From the human T2T-CHM13v2.0 reference genome, Homo sapiens, in NCBI RefSeq assembly GCF_009914755.1, contig NC_060929.1: 64,000 nt of DNA; one strand, written 5' to 3'. The notes under the pieces were generated by a model. It saw nothing but the letters and a program-made list of their open reading frames with translations. It searched no databases and was not told where the DNA came from. Below, in pieces: positions 12,852 through 27,200 of the stretch. Position 1 is the first letter of the stretch. Every line of letters starts with the position of its first letter. A program made the position numbers and the translations under genes.

Positions 12852-14834
12852 TTAGCATTTCTCCCCAAACTTCAGGTAAAATAAAATAGAGTTGAGAGAA
12901 AAATAGAAAGGCAAGGGAGTACCTGTTCACTATTTTTATTAAACCAGTGTTCTACTTTATTTTAGGTGTATCTTTTCTTATTTAAATGTCAGCTAAACTT
13001 TCTTTTTAAGATATTGAATGAAAGATGCCCGTCCTTCAGGTTTCGTTTAAGCAAGAATCCCCATTCTCAAATAATATAATATAAACTTTCCAAATTCTTA
13101 AGTAGATCATCTGAGATTGAAAGCTAAGTTTAACTTTCTCAAAGATATTTTAGCCGCCATGACACCTAGACAAAGTGGTATATTAAATTCTGATTAATTT
13201 GGTCCTAAAGCACCTAAGAATCATTCTTACTTTCTTATCCACAGGGGTTATTAAGTTTTCACATTAAAAAAAATCCAACAGTGAATAATACTGCATTGGG
13301 GTTACTGTAATTGTTAAGTAAAATAAGAAATACAAATCTTTAGTTAGATCACATGGCACCTGACTACTGCTTAGAAAATGGTAAGACTTACTACATAAAT
13401 CATGAGTCACTATTGACATCTACTATATCATATCATAGGTTAGGTATCTAATTATAAATAGTCAAATCAGCTGACTCAAGGTGGCATAGCTCAAGCAGAG
13501 GAAGATAATACAAGTTGAGTATGGATTTAACACTCTAAACCTGTCAGCACTGTAGGAAAAGTAACTTAAAACTGCACACCCCACTTATGCATAATCATCA
13601 GATATAAAGAGGGTACATTCCTGTAATTTATTGTTGCTCTAGTGATCTTAAAGAATTAAGTCCACATTCATAAAGTCCAAACTTGTCTCCAAGGATTTGC
13701 TTTGACTTTGGGAGTATCTGGATCATTAAGTAATTTCCGGAGGTCAGAGTAAAAGCTTTTTATCTCTAAATATTACTTCCCTGGAATATTAGATGTAGCA
13801 GAAGTCAGTAACGGAGTGACCTTTCTCTTAAACAATTCATAGATTCACTGAAATTTTCTTCAACTTTAGGAAAATTAAATATATTCCACAGTGCTGTAAG
13901 TCTTAAATATTGATTTTCCTCTGAAATCTTGACTCATCCTACCCACCAACATTCTCCCTTTGTACACTATGTTCTTTGTAATGTTCATGTTACACAAGTG
14001 AAAATTAGTAACATTAGTAAATTTTCATTGCAGGTTTATTTGTTCATATTTCTGGATATATAATCCATTACTGTTAAACTTCATATCAATGTTCCGATAT
14101 TTCTTCATCTTATGTTTTATGTTACAAAACAGGTTATTTCACTATATGTATGTTTAATTGATTAATTCTTCCCTTTTTTTGGAAATGAAACAGCACTCTC
14201 AATTATTGGGACAGAAAAGTTATTTCATAGGGAATACTTCAAACACTGATATCTACAACAGGCAGTAAGATTCGTCACAACAATTGGTATACTGTCAATA
14301 TACCATACAAAGTTCCATCTGGTCTTGATTAAAAATTATTTTAGTTTTCTCAGGAAAATGATACAGAGGGAGAATTGCCTAGATTATATGAGAGAAAAAA
14401 AAGTAGAGAGAAACATAATGTTTTCTTAGATTATTACAGCAGTGAACTATTTCCACCTGGTAAGAAGGGTGCACTTGAGAATGGGGTTCAAGTACTCTAG
14501 GAACATAGATGTAAGTTCTGGATGCACAGTAGTTGTTGCTTAGCTGTAAGCTGGAAATTTCAAGGCAGAAACAGCAGATACCACAACTATAACTGGGTCT
14601 CCTTGTTTTTTGTTTTATGTGTATACGTGAGATTATGGGGAAAGACAAAAGTAATGCATAGAGATTTATTTTTTAACATTCAATTCATAAGCAGTGTTTA
14701 TACCTCTTTGTACTTACTTGAAAAGTGTATATTATGTAAATTTAGTATAAAAACACTTGGACTAATTCATACCATGTGGTAAAATTTCACATTCAAAAGA
14801 AATACCCTTCTGTTATTAAAAATAAAAAAAAAAA

Positions 14835-14957
14835 GGAGCCAGGAGGGTGGCTCATGACTGTAATCCCAGTGCTCTGGGAAGCCAAGGTGGAGGGATCATT
14901 TGAGGCCAGGACTACTTGAGAACAGCCTGGGCAACATAGCTAGATCCCTTCTCTACA

Positions 14958-14989
<32 letters not shown>

Positions 14990-15148
14990 TAGCTAGGCAG
15001 GGTGGCACATGACTGGCTATTAAGGAGGCTCAGGTGGAGGGATCTCTTCAGCCCAGGAATTTAAGGCTTCAGTGAGCTAAGATTGGGCCATTGCACTCCA
15101 GCCAGGGCAACAGACCAAGACCCAGTCTCAAAATAAATAAATAAAAAT
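14835..15148 (+). mobile_element. AluJ element with expanded middle A-tract
   Basis: Diverged dimer with J-type features (gagggatc..agcccagga) and a (TAAA)n tail. Confidence 0.85.
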
Positions 15149-17013
15149 GAAAGAAAGCAGTGCACTGAAAATCAATTTAAGTATTTACTGGAGTTGTCTT
15201 GAAGGCCCAATGGGAAATGTCAGTAAGGGCACATGAGAAAACACTTTAAGAACCTATTCTTCCAAAGATCTTTCCAGTATCTTATGACAACACAGTAAAT
15301 TATACCCACTCCAAATGCAAAAGCTGAAACTACTCTGCTTTCTCACTTAACTACACTTTTGACTTTCGAAATACATTTCTCTCTTCGGATATGAGCTGCA
15401 AACTCCTTATATAAAGGCTCCAACTCTGCAGCCCTAATTATTCTAGTTGGCCCAAGAAAAATCCTAATTGTTTTATCTAAGGAGACGGAATTTTCCAATA
15501 CTGTAGAGGCATGTGTGTGTGTTTGCTTTAAGGAAGCTGTTTTGGTAATAAAAAGTCACTGAGGGTCATAAATTCATGTTAACACATCCAGTGTACATGA
15601 AGTAGGCACCGAGTTAAACTATTTGTCTACTATATAGCATGTCATCTTAAAAGCCTTATTTTTTCCTCAAAATATTAACTTTATTTTTCTCCCTGTAAAA
15701 TCAAGACACAGTTAAAATGTAGCCTTCCTCATTTTCTGGGAATACTTTCTAACAAGATATGCTTCTTTCCAATTGGACTTCTAAATTTCTAGCAATTCTA
15801 ACAGTGCATAAAAGAGGCAACCCCAAAAGTGTAGCAGGTACTGAATAACAGATTTGCAGCCTTGGGTATCCACATTAAAATTTGAAATCTAAGTGAATTA
15901 CTTCAAGCTGATTTCTTAGGTCAAGGAGAGATTATGGTCCTTAAATGCCTGATAAGGTCACATACACAATTTCAAGTGCATTATAGTAAATCCATGTGAC
16001 AGCTCCTATAGCTACTAACCTGCTTCTGCCCTCACGGTAACGTGCACAATCTTCATCGCATGTCCTGGGTGGTGGTAGGAGCAGTAGAAACCCCCTGGGT
16101 CATGTCAGATTTAGAAAATATAAGCAATGGCTCATACACGAATTTTAAGTTGTAACCTACATGTGATAAGTTGCTTTATCTTCCAAATGTAATAAAAACC
16201 AGAAGTTACTTTGAAATAAATTGAAGGATTAGCAGTGGTGACTGAGGAATAAAAATTATAATTTAAAATTGTCCTTAAAGCTGGAATTCTTAACTTATTG
16301 ACCTTATATCCTACATATTATAGGACTTTGTAAATTTAGGCTGATATGGAAATGTATATTTATATCAAATTTAAATTTTTAGAATGATGGTGCTACTATA
16401 TTCTAATTGTTAATTTGATAATTGTAATTGTAATTTGTTAATTTGTTCTAATAATGTTTTCATGACATTATTCATTTGCTGCTTGGCTTGATGGCATAAC
16501 AAGTATGGGTTATTTACCCTGAAAAGGAAACAGTATCACCCTTCCAGAATCTCTATTTACAGCTACAGAAGATGCAACACACCTGTTTCTGGACCACTTC
16601 CAGATCAGATGTGATGCATGCTTTAGATCATTTACTTTGATCTAGGAATTACTGTCTGGCATTTCGTGGTGTAGGGTAGGTGTCTCCAGCACTGTATAGG
16701 TGTCTGGAATTGAGATAAGAATCAATTTCAATACAAAATACATTTTTTGCTTAAAGCACGCAAGGATTCTATGAATTCAGGTAAATTCACAGGGTGGAAA
16801 ACAGGAACTAATGTTATATATTCCTGTAGTTATCTTCATAATGAAGCAGAAAGAAAAACAAAAAAGTTACAAAAATAAATGAAAAGAACTGTATTTTCTA
16901 GAATTGAAAAATAATTCTTTTAGATGATAGATAAGATGTTTACATCAACCTGCAAAAAGTCAATGTTGAAGAGGTCTCATTGTATCTCACAGAATTTTGA
17001 TTTGCCTACTCAC

Positions 17014-17308
17014 CCACAGGAGACATTTCTGGGACAGTAGCAACATAAGGTCCATCCCAAAACTTTGGCTCATTATCATTAATATCCTGCACTTTGATGA
17101 TGAATTCTGATTCAGGCTCCAGGGGCTTTCTGGTTTCTATGTCCACAGCCTGAGCACGAAGAGTGTAGAAAGGTTTTTCTTCTCTATCTAGGCTCCTTAT
17201 TGCATGAATGTCCCCTGTGGTTTCATCAATGGTAAAAACGGTGCCAGCGCCATCTCCTGAGAGGGTGTATTTCGCAGTGCCCTCTCCCTTGTCTAAGTCG
17301 GAATGGAG
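17014..17308 (-). pseudogene. CDH12P: Cadherin-12 pseudogene fragment: one unprocessed 295-bp exon (EC1 to start of EC2)
   Basis: Minus strand reads a pyrimidine tract plus AG (17310-17309), then [98 protein letters not shown], then donor GTGAGT. Contains the cadherin LDRE and DINDNEP motifs and is near-identical to CDH12 as I recall it. No other cadherin exon was recognised in the window. Paralog number not determinable. Confidence 0.92.
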
Positions 17309-20046
17309 CTTTAGGGAAGAGAGGGAGAGAGAGAGGAAGAGAAAGAGAAGGACAAAGAAAGAACACCATTAAAAGGATGTTGCCAAATTAAAAAGTCATA
17401 ATTTGCAATACAATTCCTTTAATCAAAAATGTTAAATAAAAATCTTATGGTTCTGTTTTCTTGTTTTTTATTTCTCCAACTTCTTTTTATAAAAATTTCA
17501 ACACAAAAAGTTGAAAACTGCAATGAACACATATACATATACATCCAAACATTCCTCCATTCGTCTATTAATCTGCTTGCCTTATCAGATAGGTCTCATA
17601 TCCATTCTTCTGTTCATCCTTCTCTTAACCCATTTTTTTTTTGAGGTGTTACAAAGATCAGAACAAAAGTACAACCTCAGATATAGCAGCAGGCAAAAAA
17701 AAAAAAACAATAAATTTTGAAAATTTGTATTTAGTTCTTCTGTATCCCTTTGGGATAACATTTTCATAAAATGAAATGCACAAAACTTCAGTGTACTTAT
17801 TGTTTCATTTTAAATAAACATTGCAATAAAAATAAATTAGCTCATAAACACCACAAAATAAACTTTCCAAGTGTTCTGAAGATGAAATCAATGACCTGAA
17901 TCCAGTGGGAGATAGTGCAAAGGAACTCAGAAAACACTAAGCATTTTCATTTGTAAAGAAGGGAAAAATCTGGCAAATCAAGAGGTTTTCAGTGATATAG
18001 GGCAGAGCGTCTCATTTTAACAGGCTGAGTTTGAATGAGTTTACCACTATGATTGGTAGAATCACTGATTATCCTTTCAGATTCACAAATAGCTTGTTCC
18101 AATTCATTCTATATAGAGAATATTTATGTTGAGTAATATAGGAAAGCATTGAAATTCTGCTAATTTTTTTTTTAAATTCAACACATGTATGGTACATTAC
18201 ATTATAGCATGGAATAAGATACACATGAATAAGCGATAAGGAAGAGAACTAAAGAGTAGAGAGAATTATCAGTGTAATGCCATAAAGCAGCGTTGTTCAA
18301 ACCGGAGACCAAGAATAAATGAAAAATGGACACAGTCTTAAAAGTATATAAATTATGTGTAAATAAATATATACATAAAATATTACATAAAATAAAATAG
18401 TACATCATATACAATTTTCTAGTAGTATATATTTGTATAAATATATTCTTATGCATAATATAATTATATATACATAACAGTCATAAATAATATTTATATT
18501 AATTTTTATGCAGATGCTGATTTAAATGTTTTAAACTATTCTTGCTCATTTGGGTATAGCCATTTGATTTCAGCATCCAAATTTTTACATGTAACAGCTT
18601 TTTCCAGACAACAGATCACCCAAAAGAAAATTAAACTTTTGCAGCATTTCTAACCATTTGGGCTACGCCTTAAAAATCTGCATATGAGCACTGCTCTTTG
18701 CAAATCATTGCTTAAGAATGAGTTCTGTTTTCCTAACATTTCAACACACACAAAAACTCTGAAAATATTTTAAATTATATAAATATCCTGTTGCAAATAA
18801 GCTTCCTGTGTATTAGTATGAGTAATTATAGCCCAAATAAATACAAGTTCAACTGTGGCTACATCTTTGCTCTTAAGCTCAAGAGCGTGCTTTAAGTTCA
18901 ATAAAATAATATCATTGTTCATATTAATGTTATTAAGGTAAACTTATTCATTTTGTGACCCTGCATTTCCTTCAATATTTGTTCTAAAACTGTTTTGTAT
19001 GAGAGTATAAGCATAACCATAAAAACCTGGTTGGGTAATATAATAAAAATAATGTGGCAACAATAAGAGGGAACAAGATTTTGACGTTCCTTTAAAAGTT
19101 TCTGTATATTTTACTTAAGTATAAAGAAAATTGTTATGAATGATAGGAGGAAGGATTTTTGTCCACCTATTAAAAAAAAACTGCTGTGAAGCATAGGAAG
19201 TTTCAAGCATAAAATCAAGCAGTAGATAAATGTTCTTTGAACTTATGAATTTCAAATTATAAATTTCAACCATGCTATTAAAGATATTCAACACAGTGGA
19301 TATTCCTTTTGCTTTCAAATTTATCTAAATATATGAGACAGGCAAAAGCTCAATGCAAAAGGCATGACTTTATAAAATGGATCCATTTTGCCAATAGCTC
19401 AAAGAATTATGGTAATATTGTGGGAACTGAGTGAAAATTCAGAGTAGGTTTTGAAATGTGATACAAGTAGAATTTTAAAAAGAAAAAAGAAAAAAATTTC
19501 TGTATTTAGCTAAAATCATAACTGTTTCCTTTGCAAACTGACATAAAAATGAAGAAGCAAAATGTGTCTTTAGTTATATCCAAGTTCCAAATTCAAGTTA
19601 ATTACTGCTGCTCCTCACTCTTCTACCTTTTCCTTCAAATTTAAAGATGGGCTTTGCAGAGATTAAAGCTTCAGAAAAAAATATGGGAAAATATGTTAAA
19701 ATGTTGACCTGAAAATGAAGTGGATGACTATAAAACTCTTGAGAGAATTAGACTTTTTGTAGCAGTTTATTACATGATAATACCTTAAAGGAGATCACAT
19801 TCAGTGACCTGCGTTGACAGGTAATATTTAAAATTAAGTATTAATGCTGATTAATTCAGGCAGATGGGTGGTAGCCTAAAGTATAGACATTTTTCCAATA
19901 TTAATTTTGATATTAAATAAATGACATCGGCTCTTGTTGGATATTGTAAAATTTCCTTTACTTCAACTGTAAAATAATTTCAACAGTGAAAGGTATAAAG
20001 TAAGATGAAAATTTCCATCATGATCTTACCTAGAGATAACTTCTCT

Positions 20047-20335
<289 letters not shown>

Positions 20336-21698
20336 CTTCTTTGTTAATTTTATATGTTTCGGTTATGTAAATATATAACTGAAAGGGTAAATATATATAA
20401 ATACATATTTACTGCACATTTATATTGATATATATTTCTCTGCTTGTATCTATCTATATACACACTTTATAAATAAATGAGTCAAGATTTTTAAAACAAA
20501 ATACCAAATTTTTCAGTATCATTTGAAATTTTTCAAAATTACTTTTTTAAAATTTCTGCATATTCATTCAGTGAAGTTGAATGATCCAGTGGGCACTCTG
20601 TATTCCTTCATAAACTGTGTGGTGAATGTGCGTGTGTGTATGTATGTATATGCACGTGTTTATGTGTTTTCTGGGGTTAATTTCCTTAAAATAAAAAGGC
20701 AACTGTCAAGACTAAAGCTATAATAATTTTTATGAATCTTAGAAAATGTTGAATTTTTAGTGATTCCAGAAATTGATCTCTATCGATGAAACTGCTTTCT
20801 CAAATACGTCAGCAATGGGATTCAGGCTTTGCTTACAATGTGAAGGAAGTTCTTAGTCTCATTTGCACAAAGAAGGAAGGAGGGCTAAAGATAAAAAGAA
20901 CTCATAGTCTTTTCCATAGTTTTGGGTCATGTTCACTGTAAAAAAAAATCACAAGATGCCATTTTTACACAGCCTTTTTAATCTACACATACGGCAAGCT
21001 AATAATTCCAAAAAAATAATTTCTTTCCTTTGTAGCCATTTAAAACTAACAGCTAGAAATATTTCTTCTTCCAATTATTAAAAATAAGCTGTTTCTGAGT
21101 CGGTGCTGACTACATTTACTGATTGAAGCAGCCAACTCCAAATATACCATCTTTTAGTATTGACACTTAAAATAAAACTTCTCCCCAGAAAAAGAGTTCT
21201 ATAAATGATGGCTGTAGAAATAGGCACTGTCCAGGCAGTTGTTTTGTGGAAGTAGTGTTGTTATTTTCTGGTGTTTTCCAAGTCATCTCAGATGGTGCGT
21301 GAAAATGAGATGCCAAAGAAGGCTTAAAAAAGATACCCTGCACCAGCTTCAGAATGTAAGCAAATCTTTCATTCCAGCGCTTAAAAGTTTTGAGAAAGCT
21401 AATCTAAAGTTAAATGTTTACTAGCATCTCTCCGATTATATTTTAGAAACTACTGCACAAAAATAAAACAAATTTCTTATTTTCTCTGGGTTGAAAAGTG
21501 CACATAAAATGGAAAATGCTTTTTATACCACTATTTCCAGCAGGGATTTTATTTTCATTTGTCATTTGCCAGCCTGGGGTATGTTGGGAGAAGGAACAAT
21601 TGATTTTTGAAAAGGTGCATTTGTGTGAAAACCAAAAATTGTGTTCAACAAATACTACTACTAACCCATATGTGGATATATGTGTTTTATACATGAGT

Positions 21699-21730
21699 AA
21701 AAAAAAAAAAAAAAACATACATATATGTAT

Positions 21731-21775
<45 letters not shown>
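21699..21775. repeat. Poly-A followed by a (TA)n microsatellite of about 21 units
   Basis: Read directly from the sequence. Confidence 0.92.
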
Positions 21776-21777
<2 letters not shown>

Positions 21778-23257
21778 TATAGAAATGCCATCAAGTTACC
21801 AGTTTACTTCTAAATGTAACTGCTTAATATAAAATATGCATCTTTTTGTAGTACCTAATTCTTGCAATTCAGTGTATTTCCTGGCGAGAGGCAGAGATGA
21901 ACAACCCTGGACAGTTACCACATATGGCTCTTATGAGGTAATGAGGATGGTTGTGATGAGAAGGGTAAAAAATAAAAAAGTTATTACAAAACATTTTTCA
22001 AGGAATTTTCCAAAAAATGATTTTAATATTCTCTTTGCTTATGGAATGATATTTAAAACCATGATTTCTGTGTCCTTTAAAATGACTTCTGATTTGTGAA
22101 TTGTTCTCTGTGCTCCAAACTTCTTTTATTTGTCCCTGTGTTTATGCTCATAACCATTCATTTCCCTCTTTTCCCACTGACTTAGCCTCTGGGGTTGTAA
22201 AGAAGTTACTCGTTTATTTTTGTGTATGTGTGGGGTTTTGTCTTTTGTTTTCTGAGAATAAAGTATATGAGATCATGGAAAAAATCAGAAAACGAGGAAA
22301 ATCATAAATTCATTACCAAAATAATTTCTGATTTGGTATTATAGCTCTGCAAATTACTTCACTAATTGTGTTCATAGGTACTATGGTACACTGTACACTG
22401 TTTTGTAACTTGCTTTTTAGATGGATTATATCATATTTTTCTGTATCAATAAATATGAATTCATTACATCAGTTTAAACTGATCAAAAACATTTTAATCA
22501 AAGTAATACAATTAAATTGCTAAATATCATAGGGAATCGAAGAGTTTATAATCCCAAACCATACTCTTTCTTTTCCTAGCCAGCTGGGGACATTTTTAAT
22601 TGTTTCTATTTTCATTCTTTCTGTTTCAGTTCTTATAAAAATACATATATAAAATTGGCTAAATGATTAAATGTTATAGTAGTTCTTTAATTATAAATTT
22701 GAATAATATTTGTTGACTTCCAAACTGCATACCCCTTGCCTTGTCCAAGTAAAACTGTACCATCGTTTATTCTCTGTGTTGTCAATAAAACACTAAGTGA
22801 TATCTGAGTTTCTAAATTTCAGTTCACTCATAGAATGTATCCTTTTTTTTCTTCTTGCCTCCAACATTTTATTATGAAATTTTCAAATTCATGATAAAAG
22901 TATATAGTATTCATCTGTATACTTACCTCCTAGTCTATATATTTTTTACATACTGTTTATAATTGTTTTATTATTTTCTACCCATTTGTCTATCTGTTAA
23001 CCCAGCTTAATTTTTGATGCATTTAAAAGTAGGTTGTAGATACAAATAACCATCACCCTAACACCCTTCAATACAATGTTTACAGTTGTTTTTTTGACAT
23101 TGGAATGTATCTGTGGTTTCTCTATTTCATAGGATCATAGCATTAACACCTTTACACTTCCCCTTACATCTCCTTCCATTTCTTCTCCCCGTCCGCCACC
23201 AGCTTCCATCATCTGTATTATACAGAATCTGTCCTAAAAAATTCTGAAGTAGGCCTT

Positions 23258-23550
23258 AGGTTTTTTTTGTTTTTTTAAAGGGTCTTGTTCTGTGGCCCAA
23301 GCTACAGTGCAGTGGCACAATCTCAGCTCACTGCAGCCTCTGCCTCCTGGGCTCAAGTAATCCTCCTGAATAGCAGGGATTACAGGCACAGACTACCATG
23401 CTTAGCTAATTTTTCTATTTTTTTATTTGTAGAGATGGGGTTTCATCATATTACCCAGGCTGGTCTCAAACTTCTGGGCTCAAGCAATCTACCTGCCTAT
23501 GCCTCTGAATGTGCTGGGATTACAGGTGTGAGACACCCTGTGTGGCCAGG
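23258..23550 (-). mobile_element. AluJ element with a small internal deletion
   Basis: cactgcagcctc..cctgggctcaag (J-type). The cctcagcctc segment is missing. Confidence 0.85.
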
Positions 23551-23570
23551 CCTCTTTTTAAAAATAAGCC

Positions 23571-24285
23571 TGATAGTTAATTTTATATGTCAATTTGACT
23601 GAGCCATAAGTTGCCCAGAGATTTTGTCAAGCATTATCCTGGGTGTGCCTCTGTGGGTGTTTCTGAATGAGATTAGTATTTAAATCAGTAGACTGAATAA
23701 AATAGATTGCCTTCCCTAATGTGGATGGGCCTCATTCAATAGCTGTGGGAATGAATAGATCAAAAGGGCAAACCCCTCCGTGAGTGACAGAGATCTCTTC
23801 CTGCCTGACTGCCTTCAAGCTGAGACACTGGAATTTTTTTTCTGCCTTTTGACTTCAATTAAAACATTGGCTTTTCCTGGGTCTTGAGCCTGCCCGTCTT
23901 TAGACTAGAACTAGAAGCTATCCTGGGTCTACAGTTTGCCAACTGCATACCTTTGGACTAGTCAGCCTTTATAATTGTGTGAGCCAATTCCTTATAACAA
24001 ATCTTTATATATCGATATATAGAGATATATATTGATATATATATATATACCTATATAGAGAGATATATCTATATATCTATATAGATATCTATACCTATAT
24101 AGAGAGATATGTCTATATCCATATATAGATATATAGAGATCCATATATATCCTCTATATATGGATACATCTATATATAGAGAGATCTCTCTAAATATCTC
24201 TATATCTATAACTATATCTACATCTACATCTATAGCTATATCAACATCCAATTTGTTCTTTTTCTCTGAGAACACCTACTGATAA
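23571..24285 (+). mobile_element. MLT2 (ERVL) solo LTR with an expanded internal TA/GA-rich microsatellite (24005-24240)
   Basis: tgatagttaattttatatgtcaatttgactg start, ttgtgtgagccaattccttataa, and terminus tctctgagaacacc. Confidence 0.85.
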
Positions 24286-27200
24286 ATAAGTTTCTAAGTT
24301 TTGTCTATCAGTTGATGCTAAAACATTAAAAAAAGAGAACAACTAATACTCTTTTTACACTAATTAGAACAATGTAAGCCTTTTTGTTTTATTACCAAAT
24401 AATTTGTATTTCCTATGTAATTGCTGCAGTTTTATTTTGCATATAGATTTTTTTTCCGTAACATCTTTGTCTGTTAGTGGTTTTATTTATGTATTTTTTT
24501 AATATCCTTAGATTCATCCCACTTCTGAGGTCAGACATCACATCTTTTCACTACATGCCTCTCTTTGGGAGGTTTCTTTCTTGCTAATCCAAACAAGAAC
24601 ATCTGCACAATTGTCAACCTGGAATTTACTTTATTAATCTCCTGGTTTGGAAACACTTTTTCTTGGATGTTATATTTACTTTGGTTTACTATTTTGTTGG
24701 CTTGCACTAATTTTATATGATTTCTTAATAATGAGTGTATGTTAGACATTTTACTTGAGTCTTTTCATATCACAGTATGCCTTTATTTTACCCTCATATA
24801 TAATTAATTTTCATCTGGGCATATATTTCCAGATTAGAAATCATTTCTTTTCATACATTTTAAGGAATTTATACATTTGCATCTGAAATTGTATTCATTA
24901 TCTTCTAGAAACCAAGAGTGGACTTGGTATCCGTCTGATTATATTTTCTTTGTTGGTAAAGAGCCTCTTTTTTCCCTTTTTATTTTCATCTTCTCTTTCT
25001 CTAGTGTTTATAATCTTATTTTTATGAATGTAGTCTAATTATTTAGAACACTGTCTCCGAGTATGTGTTTATTTGGGTTTGTGTTTTGAACATTGCCTCC
25101 AGGTGCGAGTTTATGTGTGTTTATGTTTCCTATTTGAGGTTGGACACTTAGAAAATTTTCTCAATTCGAAAACTATTTTCCTTCAGCACTCAGAAATTTT
25201 TATCAATGATTATTTCCACGATTATTTCCTGTCCTTGGTTTTTCGTGTTCTTAACCTAGAATTCAATTGTTTAATGTTAGACCTTACACATCTTCAATGT
25301 ATCATATATATTTCACTCATATTATTTATTGTCATATCTTTTGGACTATTGTGTGAAAGCAATAAATGTATATTACTTTATTTATTGGTAATGCTCTTCA
25401 TTTTCAAATTTAATACACACAAATTGTGCATACCCACACACATATACCACAGATATATTCATTTTCAGGATTTATTTAAGTGTTATTTTAAAAATAATCA
25501 TATTCTTATTTTGTGAACTGTGGGATTTCTTGAAACTTTTTGAAAACTCTCATTAGTCTGTGTTTGTGTGGTTTCTTTAAATTATCTCTTCCTTCAGAAT
25601 TACTTTTGTGTTTTGAATTTGAGTCTTTGCCATTCATAAGGCGGGCTTTCCTTGAATACCAGATAACTCTGAGTTTCCTGTTCATATTTAAGAATAAATA
25701 ACCTAATTTGAAGTTTTGAGTTTTTGAGTTGTATTTATTGATCAGAGTTTTGGCCTAGAATGAATAAAAGAATCAATCATTTCTTCTACTTTCAGATATT
25801 CGGTTGGGGGTGTTCTAAGCACAATGGTGTCCCAACACTGTCCTAATTCTTTACAGGTTACCTACAGAATAACGTCTTTTAAAAATTATTTCTTTATTGT
25901 TTACATTCTGGTCATTAATGCCTATATTTTATGCATTCTCAAGCATATAGGAGAAATTCTGTATATAGAATATTAGTTCATCTCTGTGTTTTTCCTGGCA
26001 AATTTTATGCCTTTTCTTTGGAATCACTGCCAAATCTGGGTCTCTTTCAGAGCTGTGCCTTCATTGCTGGAGCCCTCTCAGTGTAAACACTCGCATATAG
26101 CTCCTTTGGGCTTGTTTAAACAGTCACCAATCCTTCACCTATGTGCAATGTTACAGAAATTGGCCATCTTCTCTGATGACCTCTACGCCACTCCCTCCCA
26201 TCAGAATTACGGGTTGTTATTTTTGTTCCTCTGCTATAAATTACTGATGCTCTCTGAAGAGGAGTTAAAGGTGTTTGGGAGGTACACCATTTCCCTGTAC
26301 CAAAATCATATTAAGTAAAACTTGAAATCAACAGAAAAAATAGAAGTAATTATATGATGAAAATCTATATTCTCACAATCTAGATTAAACCATTCTCAAC
26401 ATTTTGTTGTATTTGCTTTACTTTCATATATGGATGATTTGAAAATAATTTACAAACATCATACCAACTCACTACACAATATTTCAGCACCAGTTTTCTG
26501 AAAATAAGACCTTTTCCTGCATAACCACATTGTCACAGTTTCAGTTAAGAAAATTAATTAAAATGCCTGTTATCACTTAATAATGGGTCATATTCAATAC
26601 CCCCACTTCTCTCTCCAAATATCTTTGTAGCATTTTCTTTCTTTGTTTTCTGAACACGAAGCCCCATAAGTTTCAAGCATTGCATTTGGATTAGTGTCTT
26701 TACTTTCCTTAATATAGACGGATCACATATTTAAATATTAACAATTTATTTGTCATTATCTTTTGTCATGGAACTAGGTCCCCATTTTGAATTTTTCTGC
26801 TGGAATGAGAAACTTCCAGACATGTGGTCTAAATCTTTATTGCTCTATCTGTTTTACTATCGCTCTTCTTCAGTCTCAAAACATATATGGACAAAAGCAA
26901 TCACATAAAGGTCTGTCCTACTTAATACGGACATCTTTATAAAAGCAGTTACAGAATCTTCTGATAGATCTATACACACATTCAGATGTAAGGGATATGT
27001 TTCTTGTACAGGATACTCTCAGTACATTTTGTTATAATAATCACGTATAAGTGGTAAGACCCATTACCATTCTTGAAATCTATGATTATAAGTGATGTAG
27101 AATGGTTTAGTAGTTAGTGATTGAGATTTAAAGTAATATTGTCACTGATTTGTTTACTTACACACAGGATTTACTCACTTAAACCAGCCAATATGAGTAT

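Noticed and set aside
16400-16455. Repeated taatt(t)g units
   Set aside because: Low-complexity AT-rich slippage repeat with no further structure.
24069-24275. Ile/Asp/Tyr-rich ORF
   Set aside because: Translation of the TA/GA microsatellite inside the MLT2 LTR.
25073-25516. 147-aa hydrophobic ORF
   Set aside because: Non-ATG start, T-rich low-complexity sequence probably from old L1, and no recognisable domain.
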